From: a virus
Virus record (IMG/VR): IMGVR_UViG_3300045988_172498
Reading direction: 5' to 3' (one strand)
Length of the DNA stretch: 20,765 nucleotides
The notes below the pieces were generated by a model. The model saw nothing but the letters and a program-made list of their open reading frames with translations, searched no databases and was not told the origin of the DNA. Below, piece after piece: positions 6,398 through 14,486 of the stretch. The stretch's first letter is position 1; every line of letters begins with the position of its first letter. A program made the position numbers and the translations under genes.

Positions 6398-6708
6398 TAT
6401 TTTACCTCCAATAATATATATTTTTCATAAATTTGTTGAACGTGTCCATTTCCATTTAAATTTTTATAACAAGTATATAATACATTTATAGCTTTTAATT
6501 CATCATTATAAGTGTATCCACGCTCTAGTGCTTTGTCAATTCTAGTGTCGACTAATTCGCCAATTATGATTTTGTTACATTGAGTTTGTAATTCTTGATT
6601 GTGAATTACTTTTTTAATTTTATCTATTAAATATTTAATAGCTTTGAATAAACTGACACCAAATATAGCGTAAACTATATTATTTACATTTATAATTTTA
6701 TCTATCAT
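6397..6708 (-). CDS. Small membrane protein coupled to the endolysin, putative holin (103 aa)
   Basis: A single N-terminal hydrophobic helix (IVYAIFGVSLFKAIKYLI) is followed by a charged soluble tail. The stop overlaps the endolysin start. The holin call is positional, and I cannot name a family. Confidence 0.45.
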   Translation of the reverse strand: MIDKIINVNNIVYAIFGVSLFKAIKYLIDKIKKVIHNQELQTQCNKIIIGELVDTRIDKALERGYTYNDELKAINVLYTCYKNLNGNGHVQQIYEKYILLEVK

Positions 6709-6722
6709 ACATTTTTACTTCC

Positions 6723-7808
6723 TCAAATAATATTGTTTAGTTGTTCCATTACATTATATTTTACCTCAAATGATGAATAAATGATATCATTTAAATAAAA
6801 TTTATCTCTTAACATTTTAGATATAAAGTGACTTCTTGATAAATATGTTGACTTATCACTAATCAAATTCTTATCAAATGTAATATTATTTAAATTCTTT
6901 TCATATCCACTATCAAAATAAATCATATCTCCAGTTTGAAATATACTGTAAATGTTGTTATTTCCACAATCTATTTGATACAATTTTAATTTACCATCTT
7001 TTATCTTTTTAACGTTTGAATAATTATTCACTGTGAACTCATTTTCAACGTTACTTTTAAAAATTTGACTGTCTTGCATAATCTTTAACAAGGGGTTATT
7101 GTCTAAACTTTCACGTGATAAGTCTATAGGTTTATTGGGTGCTATATGAATTACAACTCCATACTTTTTTAAATAATTATATTCTTTTGTATTCTTGTCG
7201 TTATAGTCAAATCGAAAATATGCAAAATATGGATTGTTTGTATTTGTGGCATTTGCAAGCATAAACACTTTTACTTTATCTCTTTTTCTAAAAACTGAAC
7301 TCATAAATTGAAATAATAAATCGACTTCGTTAGGTAAATAACGTAAATTTCTGTCCATTTCATCTATTAAAAATTCATCAAATAAAACTGTGTCTACTTC
7401 ATCATATTCACTTCCCTTTAATTTAATTGATGTTGATAAAGATTTCAAGTAAATTATAACTTTATCATTTAATATAATTCTTTTTGAGTTTATTTTTAAT
7501 TCATTTTCAATATTATTACCCATAAATCGTATTGAGGTTTCGGCTCTACTATTTTTGGTTTCTATTTCCTCAAAATTTTTAAATACTTGTCTTAGAATTT
7601 CAGTAGGAAAAAATTTTTCCTTATCAATTCCCAAGAGTTCACTATCTCTACGTCTTAAATATATACTTTTACTTCCTTTATAGATTGCTTGTTCTAACAT
7701 ATATTTTTTTACAGCAAATGTTTTTCCTACACCACGTGCTCCAATAACCATATTTAACATAGAATTATAACTTAATAATTTATCTAATTTATAATAATTA
7801 GTTATCAT
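6723..7808 (-). CDS. DNA encapsidation (packaging) ATPase, phi29 gp16-like (361 aa)
   Basis: Walker A VIGARGVGKT and Walker B VLFDEF are present. Long stretches match my recalled phi29 gp16: KLLSYNSMLNMVIGARGVGKTFAVKKY versus KMLSYDRILNFVIGARGIGKSYAMKVY, and YLPNEVDLLFQFMSSVFRKRDKVKVFMLANATNTNNPYF versus YIPNEVSALLNLMDTVFRNRERVRCICLSNAVSVVNPYF. Confidence 0.95.
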   Translation of the reverse strand: MITNYYKLDKLLSYNSMLNMVIGARGVGKTFAVKKYMLEQAIYKGSKSIYLRRRDSELLGIDKEKFFPTEILRQVFKNFEEIETKNSRAETSIRFMGNNIENELKINSKRIILNDKVIIYLKSLSTSIKLKGSEYDEVDTVLFDEFLIDEMDRNLRYLPNEVDLLFQFMSSVFRKRDKVKVFMLANATNTNNPYFAYFRFDYNDKNTKEYNYLKKYGVVIHIAPNKPIDLSRESLDNNPLLKIMQDSQIFKSNVENEFTVNNYSNVKKIKDGKLKLYQIDCGNNNIYSIFQTGDMIYFDSGYEKNLNNITFDKNLISDKSTYLSRSHFISKMLRDKFYLNDIIYSSFEVKYNVMEQLNNII

Positions 7809-9024
7809 AATTTTTCACCGTAAAATCTTTGAATTTCATATCTTGTTTATAATTCCATATTCTGACACCACTTTTAAATAATTCTTCTATAACTGATAGA
7901 CTTTGTTGTGGTATTTTGTTATTGTTTATAACTACTTTGTTCATCTTAATAAAATTGTATTCACTTCGTCCCTCTTGTAAAAATCTCCACAAATTTGATA
8001 CTTGTTTATTAAGTCTGACACCAAATAATCTAAAATAGTTATAAGCGTTATTTAATGCTATTTTATTACTTATTTTTATATCAAAATATATTCCGTCTAA
8101 TTTATAACCACCTTGAAAAGCAATATCATTTCCTAATTGTTGTATCGTGTTCGGTCTGTTGTACATATCCCCCAAGCTTGCGTTATATCCCCTCAAACCT
8201 TGTAGATAATTTAACTTTGATTTGTAATTTGATAAAGTAACACTTGCTAAATTCATATCGTTAACTTGACTTTGTTGCTCTTTTAACATTTGTCCTTTTT
8301 CATAACCAAAAATTCCACTCATTATATTAGCACCAAGTCCAAGTGTTCCACCTAAAATGTTGCCCATACCAATTCCTAATAATGAATTTGCAACTCCAAA
8401 ACCTGTGTTTACCAAATTTTGTGTGTTTTGGAAATCTATATTTGCTAATGAAAATTGATTATTCATTAACGTTCTTTGTGTATTCAAGTTGTTTTGTTTG
8501 TTAATCATATCAGCATTTTCATTGAACGTTTGTTTTTGTGCCTCTATTTGATTTTTATTAGCTTGCATAAAACTTGCAACACTATCAGTTATGATTGGCA
8601 TACTTCGTGGAGTTTTATCTATAAATCCAGTCTTTATTTCGTTATGTTCTCTTAAATATTTATTATATCTTTTATAATGTTTTCTTTTGTCTTCTTCGGG
8701 TTCTATAGTATTTTCTGATTGCTCAATAAAATAATTTTTTAATGTATAATGAACTTGGTTATTGTCGGATATACTTCCTCTAACAACTAGGTAATTATCT
8801 TCATTTTTTAAAAACTTAATATCATAGTTATAACTATTTCCATAGTTATCACGCATTAAGAGGTCTACAAATTCTGTAGACATTAATTGCGGCTCAAAAT
8901 TCTTTTCATCTATTAAATAATCTAAGTCTTTTATAACTTCTTTTTTTGCAATTTCTATCAAGTTACCTATATGGAACTCTTGTTCTCTGAACTGGTAACT
9001 TCCTTTATAGTGTATAATCTTCAT
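7798..9024 (-). CDS. Tail knob protein, C-terminal half (408 aa): phi29 gp9 C-terminal-like, with a Gly-rich hydrophobic segment
   Basis: RBS AAGAGGT is upstream. By eye it matches the recalled C-terminal half of phi29 gp9. VRGSISDNNQVHYTLKNY matches VRGSLGVSNKVAYSVQDY. The Gly/hydrophobic stretch GFGVANSLLGIGMGNILGGTLGLGANIMSGIFG matches GIMGMIGGGISAGASAAGGSALGMASS. NTIQQLGNDIAFQGGYKLDGIYFDIK...YNYFRLFGVRLNK...YNFIKMNKVVINNNKIPQQSLSVIEELFKSGVRIWN matches [27 protein letters not shown]...FFHKYGYKINR...[35 protein letters not shown]. Confidence 0.7.
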   Translation of the reverse strand: MKIIHYKGSYQFREQEFHIGNLIEIAKKEVIKDLDYLIDEKNFEPQLMSTEFVDLLMRDNYGNSYNYDIKFLKNEDNYLVVRGSISDNNQVHYTLKNYFIEQSENTIEPEEDKRKHYKRYNKYLREHNEIKTGFIDKTPRSMPIITDSVASFMQANKNQIEAQKQTFNENADMINKQNNLNTQRTLMNNQFSLANIDFQNTQNLVNTGFGVANSLLGIGMGNILGGTLGLGANIMSGIFGYEKGQMLKEQQSQVNDMNLASVTLSNYKSKLNYLQGLRGYNASLGDMYNRPNTIQQLGNDIAFQGGYKLDGIYFDIKISNKIALNNAYNYFRLFGVRLNKQVSNLWRFLQEGRSEYNFIKMNKVVINNNKIPQQSLSVIEELFKSGVRIWNYKQDMKFKDFTVKNYDN

Positions 9025-9050
9025 TTATATAACCTCTTTAAATATAAATA

Positions 9051-10952
9051 TTATGCTTTGTCTATTTGGTCTGGGAATTGTGGATTTCTTTTTGCTATTG
9101 CTTTATATACAGCGTTAATATTATCATAGTATCCTTTCCAATATCCTTTACCCCAAGCATAACCATCTAACGCTTGACAATATGATAACAAGGTTGTTTT
9201 TCCTTGCACTTTATAAACGTGAGTAATTAAGTATGTGAAATCATCGAAGAATACATCAATTGTATCATATTTAACATAGTAACCACCTTCATTACGAGGT
9301 CGTGGTGAACCTCTGTGCCTTTTGTTCGCATTTTGAGGATTTCCACCTCCGCCCGGATAGGTAATTCCTCCCCAATTATTTTCGACTTTTGAACGATTGG
9401 AAGAATTTCCCCAAAAACTTTCTTCGTAAAGTTGTGCAAGAGCAAACGAAGGTTTTATGTTACGTTTGTTACAATATGCAATTAATTTTTTCAAATTATC
9501 GACACTGATATTGCCATTTGGCATACTCAAACCACTTGATACGTTAACTTTTTGCCAATCTGTATTACCTGCTGATTTCGGTACACATTTAAAAAGATAA
9601 GGATAAGGGTCTGTTGTCGCATTTGTTCCACTGAACGTATGTTCATTTGTTGTATTAAGTTGGAAGTGCAAATGTGGTCCCGTACTTCTTCCAGTATTTC
9701 CACTTAAACCTATTTTTTGTCCTTGTTTTACTGTGTCACCAACATTGACAAGTCTTTTATTTAAGTGACCATAGACTGATAAATAATTATCTCCGTTTGT
9801 ATGTTTGATAACTATTAGATTACCAAATCCGCCTTGATTAAGTTCTGAACGTTTGACAACTCCGTCACGAACTGCGTATATCGGTAGATTTTCAACACCT
9901 TTTGTGGATAAGTCAAGCCCCCAATGTTTTGTGTGTCCTCCAACGCTGTAATTTGGGTCAAGGTAAGTCGCAGAAATTCGCCATTTACTGCTATCCGTTC
10001 CAAGTGGTAAAAATGGGCAAGAACCATCGGGATTTGTTGGGTTAATTCCGTCTGCTATTTCGCTATCACTATCAGAACCTACACCTACAATTTCAAAATA
10101 GTGGTTTGATAGGACGATAGGTTCTTTGTCTAAAGTTTCACCAAGTCCTAAAAATTTTGTAGTATAAATGTTAACACAATTATTAACTGTATTTGTATCT
10201 TCTGTAAATGAATTTGTTAATTCGTGAATTAAGTCCTCAAGATTGGTATTTTCAATTGTTACCCCTCCAACTTGAACAGAATATCCGTATCCCTCCTCTG
10301 TGATTGGATATAAAAAGTAAGAGTATGGTTTATATGTTCCTGAAAATGTTCCGTCAAATTTTCTTGAGCCTAATTTTGTTCCACTTTTCATAACAAAAAC
10401 AAGCCAAGTTACATTATTATTAAAATAAGTTGTTTTTTTATTTATTTTATATCCTGTATCAAATCCTTGATTGAGTGGTACAACATTGTTATAATATTGA
10501 TTATTTCTTTTAATGTGACCTTGTTCTATGATACCACTAATATTATCAAAATCAAGTGACAAGTGATAAGTTTGCCAATAATCTATTTCAAATATAATCT
10601 TTGTAGTATTATAATTAATATATTCTATATCTATTACAAACGCATAATACCAAAATCCCTCAACATTTTTAAATCTAATATAAGTAATAAATTTGTTGTC
10701 TTCTTTATTACCTTTAATCAATAAATAATTAGTATTTTTTATATATGCTTGTGTAGTTTCCTTTATCTTTGGTGTTAATATATGCGTGAAATAATATTCT
10801 TGTTCTAAATCATTATTAAATTTAATTACGTCTAAATTATCAATTGTAAACGGTGTTTTTTCGTAAATTTGTAACTCCGTATCTTTGATTTTATTCTCCA
10901 AATTTTCCTTGTCCAACAAAAACACCACCTTTTCTAATTTGACAACTTCCAC
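9051..10952 (-). CDS. Tail knob N-terminal half fused to an M23 peptidase and a glucosaminidase (GH73-like) domain (633 aa); tail-associated peptidoglycan hydrolase
   Basis: - Residues about 1-295 resemble the phi29 gp9 N-terminus: EGFWYYAFVIDIEYINYNTTKIIFEIDYWQTY versus [31 protein letters not shown], and VNIYTTKFLGL versus VNMYVTDYIGL.
- Residues about 312-455 carry the M23 motifs HWGLD (HxxxD) and GPHLHF (HxH).
- Residues about 480-633 carry FALAQLYEESFWGNSS...NNWGGI, like the glucosaminidase motif AQ..ESgWG.S...NN.FGI.
- The annotated start is GTG at 10952 with no obvious RBS and a 62-nt overlap with the upstream ORF. An in-frame TTG at about 10901, preceded by AAGGAAA, is an alternative start. 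Confidence 0.8.
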   Translation of the reverse strand: MEVVKLEKVVFLLDKENLENKIKDTELQIYEKTPFTIDNLDVIKFNNDLEQEYYFTHILTPKIKETTQAYIKNTNYLLIKGNKEDNKFITYIRFKNVEGFWYYAFVIDIEYINYNTTKIIFEIDYWQTYHLSLDFDNISGIIEQGHIKRNNQYYNNVVPLNQGFDTGYKINKKTTYFNNNVTWLVFVMKSGTKLGSRKFDGTFSGTYKPYSYFLYPITEEGYGYSVQVGGVTIENTNLEDLIHELTNSFTEDTNTVNNCVNIYTTKFLGLGETLDKEPIVLSNHYFEIVGVGSDSDSEIADGINPTNPDGSCPFLPLGTDSSKWRISATYLDPNYSVGGHTKHWGLDLSTKGVENLPIYAVRDGVVKRSELNQGGFGNLIVIKHTNGDNYLSVYGHLNKRLVNVGDTVKQGQKIGLSGNTGRSTGPHLHFQLNTTNEHTFSGTNATTDPYPYLFKCVPKSAGNTDWQKVNVSSGLSMPNGNISVDNLKKLIAYCNKRNIKPSFALAQLYEESFWGNSSNRSKVENNWGGITYPGGGGNPQNANKRHRGSPRPRNEGGYYVKYDTIDVFFDDFTYLITHVYKVQGKTTLLSYCQALDGYAWGKGYWKGYYDNINAVYKAIAKRNPQFPDQIDKA

Positions 10953-11676
10953 TATTTGAGCTATTTGTGTCTGTAAATTTCATTAAATCTATATCTTGAA
11001 ATACTCCATTTTTTCTAATCTTTAAAAATCCACTACTAGTATTTAAAGTTTTAAAAATTTGACCTTTTCTAATTGCGAATGGTCTGAATTTTTGAGGTTT
11101 TGGTGGTGGAGGTGGTAGGATAATTTGTTCTATTTTTAGATAAATAGATTTTGGATATTTTGGGTTATCTCCAGATAAAATAAATCTTACCCACTTTACG
11201 TTTTGTCCTACTGTAAATGTTTTTGAAAATGAAGAACTTTTACAACCATTTCTCCAAGTCAAACCGCCATTTCCGTCTTCTTTGTATAAAAAAGGTAAAT
11301 ACCAATTGTGCGTTAATACTTTTTCATTTTGTATTACTTTATATTTACTGTCATCAGATTTTGCATTTGGGTCATCACTTGTTGCAATTTCCAAAAACCA
11401 ATCATATTTACCGCTGTAGTTTACATAAGTTTTGTCATAAATCGGTTTCGCAGTTTTAAAATTTAGTACAATTGGTGCCAAACTACATTCAAGTGTTACA
11501 ACTCTATCGTTATTTTTAAAACGAATACCTTTTGCAAATCCACTTTTATTTGCTCTTTCAAGATTGACGTTGAAGGGATAAGGTTTAACCTCTCCCCCAA
11601 CTAACGCAACGTCTTGTGCCGTTCCAGTTTTAGCAAATCCTCCGTAAAATTGATAAAATTTTGTCCAATCTCCCAT
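10891..11676 (-). CDS. Hypothetical tail/receptor-binding-module protein (261 aa)
   Basis: The gene is tightly packed in the tail module. The composition is beta-rich, with a PPPPPKP linker followed by three copies of an IRKG/NG(V/I)F motif. No family recognised. Confidence 0.6.
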   Translation of the reverse strand: MGDWTKFYQFYGGFAKTGTAQDVALVGGEVKPYPFNVNLERANKSGFAKGIRFKNNDRVVTLECSLAPIVLNFKTAKPIYDKTYVNYSGKYDWFLEIATSDDPNAKSDDSKYKVIQNEKVLTHNWYLPFLYKEDGNGGLTWRNGCKSSSFSKTFTVGQNVKWVRFILSGDNPKYPKSIYLKIEQIILPPPPPKPQKFRPFAIRKGQIFKTLNTSSGFLKIRKNGVFQDIDLMKFTDTNSSNSGSCQIRKGGVFVGQGKFGE

Positions 11677-11678
11677 TT

Positions 11679-12401
11679 TTAAATACCACCTATTAAATCA
11701 TTTTCTTTATTTGCTTTACTTGTTCTGATGTAATGTTCTTCATCTTGTCCAAATAAATTTATATTACCAACGGCAAAACCTAAACCATCTTTCAAGTAAT
11801 TTCCGTCAATTACTCCCCTATCTTTCAAATCATTATATAGATTTTTAATAAAGTTTAGTAATTCATTATCAATTTTTCCATCATTAATACTACCTTGTAA
11901 ATTCTTTATTTGTTGTTCAAGATTTGTTATTTTATCTCCAAGGTTTTTTAATTCTTGTTCAATAGTGTTAAGTCTTTCGACTAAATTACCAAGTGAATTT
12001 TTAAGTTTTTCAATTTCTTTTTTATTATTTTCAATATCACCTTGCATTTTATCAATAATTGGTTTCAATTCTTGTTCATACCAATCACGTATAATTTTCA
12101 AAATGATATTTTTAAATTCATCACTTTTTACATATTGCCTTATCAAGTCGGGTATTAATTCTTCTAATAAGTTTGTTAAATTATTTTTAAATTCTTCAAA
12201 TTCTAAAGACTGATTGATAAAATCATCTAATAGGTCTTTGAATGCTCTTTGTAACCAAGCTAATAATTCATAAATACTTTGTGAATTATCTAATGATGTT
12301 GGGAGGTGTGGTATCATCCCCCAACGTCTAATCCAATATTGATTATATCTATCTTTGTATTCTCTGAAATAATCATCAGTTATATTATCTATATATTTCA
12401 T
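11679..12401 (-). CDS. Coiled-coil tail/fibre-associated protein (240 aa)
   Basis: The central heptad-like region (KKEIEKLKNSLGNLVERLNTIEQELKNLGDKITNLEQQIKNL) suggests a coiled coil. The gene lies between the fibre and the other tail genes. The assignment is positional. Confidence 0.5.
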   Translation of the reverse strand: MKYIDNITDDYFREYKDRYNQYWIRRWGMIPHLPTSLDNSQSIYELLAWLQRAFKDLLDDFINQSLEFEEFKNNLTNLLEELIPDLIRQYVKSDEFKNIILKIIRDWYEQELKPIIDKMQGDIENNKKEIEKLKNSLGNLVERLNTIEQELKNLGDKITNLEQQIKNLQGSINDGKIDNELLNFIKNLYNDLKDRGVIDGNYLKDGLGFAVGNINLFGQDEEHYIRTSKANKENDLIGGI

Positions 12402-12413
12402 AATTACGCCTTT

Positions 12414-14486
12414 CTAATTAACTCTTGTTAATTGTTCTATTTTAGTTACATAAAAACTATTATTTACATCATCTTCAACTTTTGCTCTATAAAGTATTTT
12501 ACCTTCAGCTTGTAAAATATCTTGAACTATCCTGTATTTTCCGTCATCATCATTAATTACTAATAATCTTTCACTGTTTTTGTCAAAATTACTAACTTTA
12601 CTTTTATCTATAGTTATATTACTATTAGAATTTGAAGTAGTAAATATAGTGTCTCCATATTTTTTGTCAAGATCAATATAATTGTTATAGTTAAAACCAA
12701 ATGAACCAGCAGAAAAAGTAGATTTTGAATAATTATATTCCCACAAAACTGTTCTTTTAAAATTATCTATTTTTATATTTAAATCTGAATATTTTTCATT
12801 TACTTTGTCAATTTCTGTAACTAACTCATATTTATTAATTTTGTTATCTAATTCATTACTTATTTTTGATATACTTTCTGTATTAGATTTTATTGAATTA
12901 ATATTACTTTGTAGATTAGTTATATCAGATATACTGTGTGTATGTGATAAATTAGCTTTTTTGTCAACATTAGCTTGTACATTAGCTAAATCATTGTTAC
13001 TAGCTTTTTCAGCGAGTTTAGTTTCAAGATTAATGACATCAGTTATTGCATGAGTGTGTGACTTATTAGCTTTTTTATCCAAATCTATTTTATCAGCTTT
13101 TGAATTCAAATCAGTTTTTGTTATAACGTCAGTTTTATTAGCTTTATTTGATAAAGTTGTTTCTAAATTAGTTATATCTGATATATTATGTGTATGTGTT
13201 TTATCTGCTTTATTATCTAAATCTATCTTATCAGCTTTTGAACTTAAATTTTTTTGATTAGTGTTAACTTTATCACTAAGCGACGATAAGCTTGAATTAG
13301 TAGTAGAAATTTTATTTTCTAAATTTGTTTCTTTGTCTTTTAAATCTTTTTCTAATTGTGTAATTTTATCACTTGTAGTAGTTATTTTTGTCTTTAAAGT
13401 TGATAATGTTTCATTAGTAGTTTCTAATCCTTTTTCGTTATTTTCAACTTTGGATTTTAAAAGATTAAATTGTGTTACGTCTACATTTGTATCACTTGAT
13501 GAATTTTCAAGAATTTTTGATAATGAACTTTCAATATTTTTTATTTTCTCTTGTGCTAATGCTAAAGAATTTTCAGTATTAGTTGTATTTTCTTTATTTT
13601 CTGCTATTCTTGAATTATAATCTTCTAATTTTGTATTAATTGTATCAATAGAACTTTTATTGTCTTTTGATTTTGTATTAATACTTTTAATTTCTACATT
13701 AGCAGTTTTAATTTTATTTTCTAATTCTGTATCTTTATCTCTTAAATCTTTTAAATTAATATCATTTGTTGTGAATTTACTATCGTATTCAATATCTTTA
13801 TCCTTTAAAGATTTTATATCTTTTTGAATTTCTGTTAGCTTTTCATTACTTGTAATGTTTTTCTTTATATCTTCTATACTTGATTTTAATTCATTTATAG
13901 AATTTTCATTTTGTGATTTTATACTATTAATTTCATTTGTAGTATTTTTTATATCAGTTATATTTTGTTCAACTTTATCTATTAAAGTATATAATTTATC
14001 TTTATCCTCTGTTGTAGTATTTTCTAACTTTTCTATCTTTTCAATAGTTTTGTTTATCTCTGATATTTTTTCATTCATTGTATCAGATAAATTATTAAAA
14101 CTTTCTATCTTTTTATTCCAGTTGTTATAATTATCTTTTCTTTCGTTTTCGGCTTTTTCAATTTCTGATATCTTTTGTTCTATTTCTTTGAATTTTTCGT
14201 TTCTTTGATTTTCATTTTCAATATAATTTTTATTGCTTGATTTTCTTTTATTTTCGTTTTCTATTCTTTCAAGTTCATTTTGTAGTCTTTGAGTTTCTGC
14301 TTTTATTCTTTTTGTTTCTGCTAAAACTCTTTCTTTTTCAGAATTAACGATAATTTCTGCCTCATCTGAATAAACTTTAAAATTATTTAATTCATTCAGA
14401 ATATTTTCGATAACTCTATCTATATTAGATACATTATTGAAATATAATTCATCAGAATTACAAGAGCAATTACAATTCTTCTTCAA
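12414..14486 (-). CDS. Tail fibre/appendage protein (690 aa): long coiled coil plus H-T-H fibre repeats
   Basis: About 430 aa of K/E/N-rich heptad-like sequence is followed by three copies of KA(D/N)xxHTHxI(S/T)D(I/V)xNL(E/Q), which resembles the phage tail fibre repeat (Pfam Phage_fiber_2 type). A globular tail of about 130 aa ends the protein. A head-fibre role cannot be excluded. Confidence 0.6.
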   Translation of the reverse strand: MKKNCNCSCNSDELYFNNVSNIDRVIENILNELNNFKVYSDEAEIIVNSEKERVLAETKRIKAETQRLQNELERIENENKRKSSNKNYIENENQRNEKFKEIEQKISEIEKAENERKDNYNNWNKKIESFNNLSDTMNEKISEINKTIEKIEKLENTTTEDKDKLYTLIDKVEQNITDIKNTTNEINSIKSQNENSINELKSSIEDIKKNITSNEKLTEIQKDIKSLKDKDIEYDSKFTTNDINLKDLRDKDTELENKIKTANVEIKSINTKSKDNKSSIDTINTKLEDYNSRIAENKENTTNTENSLALAQEKIKNIESSLSKILENSSSDTNVDVTQFNLLKSKVENNEKGLETTNETLSTLKTKITTTSDKITQLEKDLKDKETNLENKISTTNSSLSSLSDKVNTNQKNLSSKADKIDLDNKADKTHTHNISDITNLETTLSNKANKTDVITKTDLNSKADKIDLDKKANKSHTHAITDVINLETKLAEKASNNDLANVQANVDKKANLSHTHSISDITNLQSNINSIKSNTESISKISNELDNKINKYELVTEIDKVNEKYSDLNIKIDNFKRTVLWEYNYSKSTFSAGSFGFNYNNYIDLDKKYGDTIFTTSNSNSNITIDKSKVSNFDKNSERLLVINDDDGKYRIVQDILQAEGKILYRAKVEDDVNNSFYVTKIEQLTRVN
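12883..13258 (-). repeat. Three tandem in-frame repeat units inside the fibre gene
   Basis: At DNA level, TTATC-AAATCTAT-TTATCAGCTTTTGAA and GTGTGTATGTG-type blocks recur. At protein level the units are SKADKIDLDNKADKTHTHNISDITNLETTLSNKA, SKADKIDLDKKANKSHTHAITDVINLETKLAEKA and DKKANLSHTHSISDITNLQSNI. Confidence 0.8.

Noticed and set aside
6169-6491. Two + strand ORFs (6169..6414, 6276..6491) antisense to the endolysin and membrane-protein genes
   Set aside because: They are antisense to strongly supported genes and have no translation signals. The products are aromatic- and Leu-rich nonsense-like sequence.
9227-10027. Same-strand alternative-frame ORFs 9227..9445 and 9815..10027 inside the knob-lysin gene, plus antisense ORFs 8055..8240, 11217..11459, 11965..12213, 15807..15998, 16916..17113 and 19010..19213
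   Set aside because: All are nested in, or antisense to, longer ORFs with clear homology or synteny support. None has a plausible RBS.
10891-10952. Programmed frameshift fusing the 261-aa tail protein to the knob-lysin ORF through their 62-nt overlap
   Set aside because: I see no slippery heptamer and no downstream structure. An alternative near-cognate start (TTG at about 10901 with an RBS) explains the overlap more simply.
12883-13258. Regularly spaced DNA repeats, considered as a CRISPR-like array
   Set aside because: The repeats are in-frame coding repeats of the fibre protein. They are imperfect and have no unique spacers of uniform length.
12805-14130. Four + strand ORFs (12805..13053, 13054..13257, 13261..13620, 13855..14130) antisense to the fibre gene
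   Set aside because: They are antisense to a long, well-supported minus-strand gene. They translate to low-complexity L/S/F/I-rich strings, as expected from the reverse complement of K/E/N-rich coiled-coil codons. They have no RBS or promoter.
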